Origin: a virus
Taxonomy: Duplodnaviria > Caudoviricetes
Direction: 5' to 3' (one strand)
IMG/VR virus record: IMGVR_UViG_3300020470_000010
Span: 1-53,782 of that record
Length of the DNA stretch: 53,782 nt
This document shows positions 9,451 to 16,448 of this stretch, one piece after another; the stretch's first letter is position 1; each line of letters begins with the position of its first letter. A model generated the notes under the pieces. The model ran no database searches. It was not told where the DNA came from and saw only the letters and a program-made list of their open reading frames with translations. The position numbers and the translations under genes are program-made.

Positions 9451-10245
9451 TTAGTACCCACCGCTCGGAGAGGATACTGTTAGCGTAGCGTAATTAGACG
9501 ATGTCAGCTCAGATGTCGCTGAAGGGATACGGTGATACATCAACATGCGACCATAAGGCTCAAAACGTCCCTCTGCTGTTCCGACTGAGTTGATAATAAT
9601 AACTCCGTAACTTACTTTGTCGCCTGTTGTAGAGCCTTCTAGAGCCTTAATAATACTAGGAGCGGGAAGCAGGGCATATGTCTCATTAGATAGTAATGCT
9701 GAACCAGTCCATTTGACTAACGGTATTCGGCTAGTAGCAGTTAAAGCACCAGATACAGTACCGTAAAGTTGAACATAGCGAATGACTTCTAAATTGACAC
9801 TATAAGGCAGCTTTTGCCACTGAGAAGAACTAATCGTAAAATAAAAAATTCCAGGCTGTAACTGCAAAAGTTTTTCATCAACATCAGTATTAACGATGTC
9901 GTTTTTGTAAGCAAAACCGCTATTGGTTAAGGGTATTGGTTGCTTGTTAGCATTTAAGACACCTAGTGAAATATATTTATCCGTATGCTTGTTTAGAAAA
10001 TTCTTAGTGATTCGAATATCTGATTCTCCTAAGCTCTGTACTTTGAAGTAAATTGTATTGGTTCCCGCCTCAGTACCGATATAACCAGTAATACGAGTAT
10101 TCAAGTTATCAACAGAACCTAAATCTTTTGCTTTTGATATGGAATTGAATTTAACATGCTCAAGCCTAAGAAAAGAGGGGGAAGTTTTACTGCTCCCCCC
10201 GTAAGAATCAGATATTTGATTTAAAGATGTCGTTACCGAGGTCAT
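9451..10245 (-). CDS. Hypothetical beta-rich protein, probably structural
   Basis: 264 aa, S/T/G-rich, beta-sandwich-like pattern (LQPGIFYFTISS). Confidence 0.5.
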   Translation of the reverse strand: MTSVTTSLNQISDSYGGSSKTSPSFLRLEHVKFNSISKAKDLGSVDNLNTRITGYIGTEAGTNTIYFKVQSLGESDIRITKNFLNKHTDKYISLGVLNANKQPIPLTNSGFAYKNDIVNTDVDEKLLQLQPGIFYFTISSSQWQKLPYSVNLEVIRYVQLYGTVSGALTATSRIPLVKWTGSALLSNETYALLPAPSIIKALEGSTTGDKVSYGVIIINSVGTAEGRFEPYGRMLMYHRIPSATSELTSSNYATLTVSSPSGGY

Positions 10246-10295
10246 TGAGTCGGCATAAAAGTCCTTCTTTACTTGAATCTTACTCGATATAGGAA

Positions 10296-10414
10296 GTCAG
10301 GGGACGCCACACGATAGCTAGTCGCCTGGCGTTATGTTTAAGACTTAAAGAAACTACAAAAATTTAAGTCGCCCTGATCAATTAGTCCCTGACGTAGTTC
10401 TTCTTCGGGACTGA
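10296..10414. ncRNA. Candidate structured RNA element (three-way junction plus hairpin with complementary loops)
   Basis: Stems 10296-10302/10372-10378, 10304-10309/10327-10332, 10342-10349/10363-10370, 10382-10389/10407-10414; loops aactac (10352-10357) and gtagtt (10394-10399) are complementary. Confidence 0.45.
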
Positions 10415-10415
10415 C

Positions 10416-10988
10416 TTAGCGTAACTTCTTTTTCATTGAGTAGTGCAAGCAGGGTTGAATCGTATCTATTAGTGTCTCTAATGCTTCTCGTCCTAAGACC
10501 AGTTCAATAGTGGATACTTGGTTGCAGCGAGGAGATGCTTTTATGTTCCAATAATCTTGTAACCAACGAGATATGATGATGTATTCCTCGTCAGAGTATC
10601 TTCCTTTAATAGAGCCTTTACGACCAATAACTTTCCCTTGATCTATCCATAAGGCGGTTAAACCGTGGATACCCGCGATTTTTAGTACATCATTAGATAT
10701 ATATTTTTCATCTTTTGGGTACAACAGTTCATAAACTCTCCAAAGATGATCGCTTTGAAGCCTAAATCTCTCCCTGTCGTAATAAGTGTCAGTTGCTATA
10801 CGATCCCAAAAGACTTCTACTTTGCTGACATGCAACTTACGTAGAGTCCTTAATTGGTGATCTAAATATGTTTTATCAACCTCGGATCTAGATATTTCTA
10901 GCCAAGGTCTTTTCTTGATTCCTTTGAGTTCTATCTTCCCTTTGCCCAAGCTGTAACTCAGTACGCGCACTACGAATCGAGCTTGCAT
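10416..10988 (-). CDS. LAGLIDADG-fold protein with degenerate catalytic motifs
   Basis: VLSYSLGKG and LTALWIDQG at the two motif positions; YELLYPKDEKYI segment typical of LAGLIDADG_2 proteins. Confidence 0.65.
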   Translation of the reverse strand: MQARFVVRVLSYSLGKGKIELKGIKKRPWLEISRSEVDKTYLDHQLRTLRKLHVSKVEVFWDRIATDTYYDRERFRLQSDHLWRVYELLYPKDEKYISNDVLKIAGIHGLTALWIDQGKVIGRKGSIKGRYSDEEYIIISRWLQDYWNIKASPRCNQVSTIELVLGREALETLIDTIQPCLHYSMKKKLR

Positions 10989-11598
10989 TCCATTCTTCTC
11001 CTGTAAATAGATGCTTTCTAGAGTTGGGGGCGTAAGGGTAAAGAGTTGATTTAATTTTGTCTGCTTGTTCTTTCTCGAAAACGAGTCGAGGTCTGATGTA
11101 GTAGTGATTAAGAGATGAACTAGCTCCTGTCAAGGTCTCAAGCCAGCGAGATACTAATCGTGCTTCTTCTTCCGTGTTGCCAACCCTCGCAAGACTGACA
11201 ATACCTGAATCAAGCATCCTCATGCCTTCTGCCCACATCCATGCCGCAGCTTCTCCTCCTAGAAGATCTAATGCTGCTTTTGTAATCTGTCTTTCCCCTC
11301 GAGGGTATAAAAGATTGTGAATAGGTCTTAATTTATTGGTTGAAACACGAAACCGAAGGATGGGAGTTGTCTGTCCATTAGCTCTTGGAGCTGTTTTATA
11401 GGGAACAATTTTCGCCTTTGTTGGAATGAATTGCCTGAATTCTGCAACTTTTTCTTCTAGAAAAGCTGACTCAGATGGGCCAGCCGTAAGAGTTAATTGA
11501 ACGTATCCCCCTCCAGGAGTGCGATAAGAAACAAGACTGCCATCTGCAAGTAATAATCCAAGTAATCCTCGAACGTCTATTGCGTCCAAAAGTTTCAC
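10888..11598 (-). CDS. Free-standing LAGLIDADG homing-endonuclease family protein
   Basis: LLGLLLADGSL motif 1, HNLLYPRGERQIT, AAAWMWAEG motif 2. Confidence 0.8.
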   Translation of the reverse strand: MKLLDAIDVRGLLGLLLADGSLVSYRTPGGGYVQLTLTAGPSESAFLEEKVAEFRQFIPTKAKIVPYKTAPRANGQTTPILRFRVSTNKLRPIHNLLYPRGERQITKAALDLLGGEAAAWMWAEGMRMLDSGIVSLARVGNTEEEARLVSRWLETLTGASSSLNHYYIRPRLVFEKEQADKIKSTLYPYAPNSRKHLFTGEEWNASSIRSARTELQLGQREDRTQRNQEKTLARNI

Positions 11599-11623
11599 CC
11601 TACGTACTTCATTTATAGTAGTG

Positions 11624-11644
11624 ATGACACGTCGATAGTGTCAT
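11624..11644. promoter_or_regulatory. 7-bp perfect inverted repeat in the divergent LAGLIDADG/capsid intergenic region
   Basis: atgacac-gtcgata-gtgtcat. Confidence 0.4.
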
Positions 11645-11678
11645 TAAATTTCTATAAGCTACGGAGTGATTGCGATCC

Positions 11679-12821
11679 ATGTGGATTGACAACGATTTTC
11701 CAAAGCTGTTAGGCGCTGAGCTTTATAGGCCCCATCCCGGTTATGTGATCGAGATGGCTGTAGAGCCAGTAGTGGTACACGATTTCGCTAAACAGCCGGG
11801 CCAAACGGTCCAGCTTGATCGTTATAGATTCTGGGGCAATCCTGGTAATAAGGATTCCAGAGAGCGTACAGCGGATCAAACACTCGGTACAGCATCTAGC
11901 CGCAATATTGTTAAAGACAAGGTTCTCGTAACCTTAAAAGAGTACACAGGTCCTGCCGATCCAACAGATGCGACATCTCCTAGTACTTTCAAGGTTGCAA
12001 GAGAGACTCTCTTAACAGCACAACGTCTACTTTTAGACACAGGTAACCTCAACGTTTTTCACCAGAGCATCGGGTCCTTGACCCTTTTGGATGATTACAG
12101 GCGTTGGCGTGACAGGGTTTTCGCTGATGAACTATTTAAAGCGGAAGCTAACGGAGAAGCAACAGATAGCCAAGGTGGATACTTCTACCCTGGTAGCAAA
12201 GCTAAGTCTGGTTCTGCTCCATTTATTAGTTATGCAGCAGGCTCCTCAGGTAAGTTCGACGTAAAGACAGACTTACTTCAGGTTGTTAAGGACATGCGTA
12301 AGCGCAACGTCCCAACTTTTGCTGATGGCTATTACAGATGTATTGCTGATCCAACAGCGATGATGCATCTGCGCCAGAACGAGGCGTTCAGAGAAATAGC
12401 TCGCTATGCAGGAAATGGAATGGTTAATCCACTCCAGCCTGAGCAAGCTCCTAACGCTAACTTCTTCCAAGGTATGGGTCCTGCTTATGGACAAGCTGGA
12501 TTTGTAGCTGGTCAGCCGGTGATGCCAACCGGATTTTTGTTTGAGGGCGTAAGATGGTTCGAATCAACCAACTTGCCTGAGAAATCTTTACAGGTAACAA
12601 TCACTGACGCGAGCATCACTAACACAGTGACAACCGCTGCTCCTATGCTCTTCTTTGGCCCTCAGGCTATTGGTGTAGGTATTGGTGGTAACAACGCTCA
12701 AATTCTTCTCAATAATAATGATGACTTTTCGCGCTTCATCATTATGATTTGGTCCCTCTTTGCTGGTTTCGAAATTCTTAATAAGGACTTCGTAACTTGT
12801 GCCTTCAGTTTCGTTTACTAA
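11679..12821 (+). CDS. Major capsid protein
   Basis: ~380 aa, GGAG RBS upstream of ATG 11679; KQPGQTVQLDRY, YRCIADP, GFLFEGVRWFEST, LFFGPQAIG and W..FAGF patterns of HK97-fold capsids. Confidence 0.85.
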   Translation: MWIDNDFPKLLGAELYRPHPGYVIEMAVEPVVVHDFAKQPGQTVQLDRYRFWGNPGNKDSRERTADQTLGTASSRNIVKDKVLVTLKEYTGPADPTDATSPSTFKVARETLLTAQRLLLDTGNLNVFHQSIGSLTLLDDYRRWRDRVFADELFKAEANGEATDSQGGYFYPGSKAKSGSAPFISYAAGSSGKFDVKTDLLQVVKDMRKRNVPTFADGYYRCIADPTAMMHLRQNEAFREIARYAGNGMVNPLQPEQAPNANFFQGMGPAYGQAGFVAGQPVMPTGFLFEGVRWFESTNLPEKSLQVTITDASITNTVTTAAPMLFFGPQAIGVGIGGNNAQILLNNNDDFSRFIIMIWSLFAGFEILNKDFVTCAFSFVY

Positions 12822-12833
12822 GGTATTAATCAC

Positions 12834-13478
12834 ATGGCAAAGAAAATCTTTCCCGGCAACTGGGTTGCCCAACTAAGTAGCTACCAAGGTCAAGGCGTTG
12901 TGTCTGAGCCTGGTCGCGTTTATTATCAGAAGACAGGTTACGCACTAGTTGATTCAACTGGTGGTACATCTTTTGACGTCGTTATTCCTAGCCCAGACCT
13001 CAGAGGAGACGACAAAGCTCGTGCAGACATCACAGGATTAACAGTGCCAGCTGGCGCTAATGTTTACTCTGTTGGTATTCGTGTACCTGACGTTCGTAAG
13101 GACAAAGGAGTTGGAACAGCTACTTCTGGTCTTGTTGGAACTAACACCAACAGATTGAAAGTTGCTGATGCTATCGGAAACGACGCAACAATTACAACTA
13201 CTAAAGTTGCTTCTAACTCTGCAGATCTTGCAGTGGCTAGTACAACTATTGCTCCTGGAACTTCAGTAACTGGTCTTGTTACAGCGGCTACCTTAGCTGG
13301 TGCTGAGACTCTTAAGGTCTATGTAACTGACAGTACAGGAACATCTGCAGGTTCTGCTTTGACTTCAACTGCAAGCGGTGGTACATACCTCATCGTTACT
13401 GTTTCATACTTCGTTGATGATGCAGTACCTAACAGTGAGGATGTTGGCACTCCATTCGTAGTCGAGCAAGGCGCATAG
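12834..13478 (+). CDS. Putative capsid decoration/minor capsid protein
   Basis: 214 aa T/A/G/V-rich, directly after the capsid gene and before a terminator. Confidence 0.55.
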   Translation: MAKKIFPGNWVAQLSSYQGQGVVSEPGRVYYQKTGYALVDSTGGTSFDVVIPSPDLRGDDKARADITGLTVPAGANVYSVGIRVPDVRKDKGVGTATSGLVGTNTNRLKVADAIGNDATITTTKVASNSADLAVASTTIAPGTSVTGLVTAATLAGAETLKVYVTDSTGTSAGSALTSTASGGTYLIVTVSYFVDDAVPNSEDVGTPFVVEQGA

Positions 13479-13508
13479 TTGGATTAATTAGTTTTTATCC
13501 CTACAATG

Positions 13509-13539
13509 AAGGACATCTGGTATCGGATGTCCTTTTTTT
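13509..13539 (+). terminator. Intrinsic terminator of the capsid operon
   Basis: aaggacatct-ggtatc-ggatgtcctt followed by a T run. Confidence 0.85.
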
Positions 13540-13544
13540 GTGTT

Positions 13545-13976
13545 ATGACGCTTTATCAAAATCAAAAGACTGGTCAAATTGTTGAATTCATATCCCATCA
13601 CGACAAGGATTGGGCAATGGTCAAGAACAATGCAGGCCAAGTTGTTTATGTAGCATTAGCTGACTTGGTTTCTTACGAGGCTGGTAAAGGCCGTACAGGA
13701 CAAACTATTGAACCACAGACAGCGGAAGACCATAAAGATGAAGACAAGATGCCTGAAAGTGTTATTCCTGTAGATACTCGATTAAACGTCAATGCGGCGA
13801 CAGCAGAAAATATTGCTAAAGCTGTAAAAGGTATTGGTTATGCAACAGCCAAGAAAATAGTAGAGCTTAGATTATCTCTCCCTGGGGAGAGGTTTAAAAA
13901 TTTAGACCAACTTAAAAAGATTAGTAGAGTCGATTGGGATACTATTATTGCAGAAGATCTGATCTACGTTGCATAA
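13545..13976 (+). CDS. Helix-hairpin-helix (ComEA-like) DNA-binding protein
   Basis: LNVNAATAENIAKAVKGIGYATAKKIVELR...FKNLDQL; start moved to ATG 13545 because 13506 lies just upstream of the terminator and its ORF runs through the hairpin. Confidence 0.8.
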   Translation: MTLYQNQKTGQIVEFISHHDKDWAMVKNNAGQVVYVALADLVSYEAGKGRTGQTIEPQTAEDHKDEDKMPESVIPVDTRLNVNAATAENIAKAVKGIGYATAKKIVELRLSLPGERFKNLDQLKKISRVDWDTIIAEDLIYVA

Positions 13977-14014
13977 TTCCCGTACAATAAAGAATAGGTT
14001 GCATTTACTAGCCA

Positions 14015-14500
14015 TTGGAGCTTAACGACTACGACAAAAGCCGTTGTCGGTTTCATTTGGGCTACAACACCGGAGCTAACCTCCCAGCTGGTGATATTGC
14101 CAGAGTGGAAGAAGCTATGGCTCGTATCCCGGATTCTTATTTCTATAACCGGACAACCGAGCACTTGGATCGCTGTGACAAGGCCTACAAGGTTTCACAG
14201 ATATTCAAGACAGAATCACAGCCACAACCCAGCCGAATACAGCGAATTGTAGGAGACTCTAATAGAGCGATCTATCAGTCGGATCCAATCAAGGCTGCTA
14301 AGGATTACTGGGAAGTATATTTACGTGAAGTCGATCAATTAGCAGAAACATTATATGTTGCTAATTACAGGCGTAGTGACGTGAGACGTTACGCCTTCGA
14401 AAGATCTGGCTCAGAGTTTATTATGGCTGTAAAGGGACCAGCAGATACAGCGGTTGGAACCAGAGTCTCGCAAGCTGTTGGCTCAATGAACTGGAGGTAA
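14015..14500 (+). CDS. Putative head-tail adaptor/connector
   Basis: 161 aa helical protein with RCRFHLGY N-terminal pattern; position after capsid genes. Confidence 0.45.
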   Translation: MELNDYDKSRCRFHLGYNTGANLPAGDIARVEEAMARIPDSYFYNRTTEHLDRCDKAYKVSQIFKTESQPQPSRIQRIVGDSNRAIYQSDPIKAAKDYWEVYLREVDQLAETLYVANYRRSDVRRYAFERSGSEFIMAVKGPADTAVGTRVSQAVGSMNWR

Positions 14501-14502
14501 CT

Positions 14503-15378
14503 ATGGCACGACTACCTAAAGGATTAAATCCTAATGAATTTGTTACAACGAATCCTATAAGTGACATAGGACAGAGATGGCGTAAAGACGCTTTATCTTC
14601 CGAGGAATATAATGCTAGTGCTAACCTTGAAGGCCCTGGAATGGGCGGTTGGACGACGCATGTTACAAAAGGCAGTGATGCACAAAGAAGTGCGTTAAAG
14701 GCGATGGCTGATCAATATATGACTCAAGCTAACGGTGCTTCTTTTACTCCTTTCGACGTTAATACAGTTCCTTCAGATGGAACATTCAGTCAAGGCAACA
14801 CAACTCCATTTAAATCTCAACTTAATAGAAGTGCGGCTTTAGGCGACGTTCAAAACGCGATTGGAGATGGTAACAGGAAATCAACATTTGGATTAGCACA
14901 ATCTGGCATTAACATGCAGCCAGAGATAGGAGTTACCCAGAGCAAGACAGGAGTGAAACCAGCAAGACCTTTAGAAGAAGGTAATGCTCCTAAGAAAATG
15001 AATGATTTTGTCGCTGCTTTAAACCTCGAGAAAGAAACACCAACTGGACTAACAACATATAACGCTCCGAATGCAGCAGAATTCTTAATGAAACATAAGC
15101 CTTCAATAGAGAGGAAGGCGAGAAAAGAAGCCAAACAGGACAAGCCAAAAGTGGTTGGCAGGCCTGGGGAGGAGCCAATGGAAGGTAGACCTAAGGGAGG
15201 TGGTAGAGGTAAAGAATTTGAAGGAGGTAATGCAGGATCAGATTGGTGGTATAGCCCAGAAGTTGGAGGTAGAGGCAAAGAGCCTGTTGCAGAAGGGAGG
15301 CCTAAAAAGACAAAAGGCAACCGCAGAGATAATCAACAGTGGCCTCCCATACAACTCTTTGGTGGAGGCATAGGTTAA
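14503..15378 (+). CDS. Hypothetical low-complexity protein
   Basis: 291 aa, GGAGG RBS, G/P/K-rich C-terminus with repeated EGRPK and GGRGKE. Confidence 0.55.
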   Translation: MARLPKGLNPNEFVTTNPISDIGQRWRKDALSSEEYNASANLEGPGMGGWTTHVTKGSDAQRSALKAMADQYMTQANGASFTPFDVNTVPSDGTFSQGNTTPFKSQLNRSAALGDVQNAIGDGNRKSTFGLAQSGINMQPEIGVTQSKTGVKPARPLEEGNAPKKMNDFVAALNLEKETPTGLTTYNAPNAAEFLMKHKPSIERKARKEAKQDKPKVVGRPGEEPMEGRPKGGGRGKEFEGGNAGSDWWYSPEVGGRGKEPVAEGRPKKTKGNRRDNQQWPPIQLFGGGIG

Positions 15379-15872
15379 TGTCATTTGCGACTCCTAGCGG
15401 CGATAGTGGGCAACGACCTAGAAAGAAATCAGGAAGTATGGTTCCCGATCATCTGAAACATCGTTCTGGACCAGTCAGGGCAACGAGGTATAACGAGTGG
15501 TATGAGAATACCCCTCAGGTGCGTAAAACTGCTCGTGACTTATCTGCTAGCAGAGGTGGTGTTCCGAATAATCCAATGAATGTTGAATCATTCAGACCTG
15601 TAGACGACACAGTAGTGAGAACGAATGTATATAGAGATGCGGAACAAGTAGGAACACAAGAAGGACCTGTTAGAACTAAGCCGGATCAAACAGGTGGTCG
15701 TTTCAAGCCCCCTCATATAAGGAAAGAGAGAGAAGGGAAGATCAAACCCAACAAAGCACAGAAAGGAACAAGAATGGCTCCAGGACCTCTAGGTTCTGGT
15801 CCACAGAGAAATGTTGCTCCTGAACCCGATGGTTTCGAGGGCTTCGAGAACTTTGAGACTCCGTTCTTTTAG
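15378..15872 (+). CDS. Hypothetical basic disordered protein
   Basis: TAATG coupling to the previous gene; R/P/G-rich. Confidence 0.5.
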   Translation: MSFATPSGDSGQRPRKKSGSMVPDHLKHRSGPVRATRYNEWYENTPQVRKTARDLSASRGGVPNNPMNVESFRPVDDTVVRTNVYRDAEQVGTQEGPVRTKPDQTGGRFKPPHIRKEREGKIKPNKAQKGTRMAPGPLGSGPQRNVAPEPDGFEGFENFETPFF

Positions 15873-15905
15873 TTTCTTTAAAATCTAATTAGATGAGGTA
15901 TTAAC

Positions 15906-16445
15906 TTGGCTGCCAGTAGTACAAACAAGATGCCGCTGTTGATAGACAGACCGCTGCATTCTTTCGCAAGCATAGGAGGCACGGCTGCGTTGTCGACAGC
16001 TTCCAACTATAACACCGTTACAGGCAACGGATGTGTGTTACTAGTCGATTGCACTTCTAATGATGGTGCGGTGGTAGATAGTATATCGGTTGTTGCTAAT
16101 GAAGCCAGTACCCAGATTAGTGGTAGTGCTGCCGTCGAAGTCTTAGTCTTTTTAAGTCTCGCTACGACAACTGCAACGATAACAACTACTAATACTTTGT
16201 GTGTTGCGGCTGCAACTATATCGACCTCTATAGGACTAGGCTCTAGAACTAATATTGCTTTACCAGCATTGTCTGTTCCTGTGCCTAATTTAGGTGCTGA
16301 TAGTTCTATTAGTGAGACAGATAAAAAGAACACAGGACTATATATCCCTTCTGGAGCAACTCTATACGTAGGTACTCAAGCTACTATCGCTTCACCAAGT
16401 GCTAATACTCGCTTAAACGTTTTTGCTCAAGGCGGATTTTTCTAA
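15906..16445 (+). CDS. Putative structural protein
   Basis: 179 aa beta-rich, TTG start with GAGG RBS. Confidence 0.55.
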   Translation: MAASSTNKMPLLIDRPLHSFASIGGTAALSTASNYNTVTGNGCVLLVDCTSNDGAVVDSISVVANEASTQISGSAAVEVLVFLSLATTTATITTTNTLCVAAATISTSIGLGSRTNIALPALSVPVPNLGADSSISETDKKNTGLYIPSGATLYVGTQATIASPSANTRLNVFAQGGFF

Positions 16446-16448
16446 ATC

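Noticed and set aside
10245-11670. Group I intron or intein hosting the LAGLIDADG ORFs
   Set aside because: No interrupted host gene, no intein Cys/His-Asn termini, and no convincing P7 pairing; gtcagggacta only superficially resembles the R element
13545-13976. PsbU homologue
   Set aside because: Only the generic HhH motif is shared; no signal peptide; lies among virion genes
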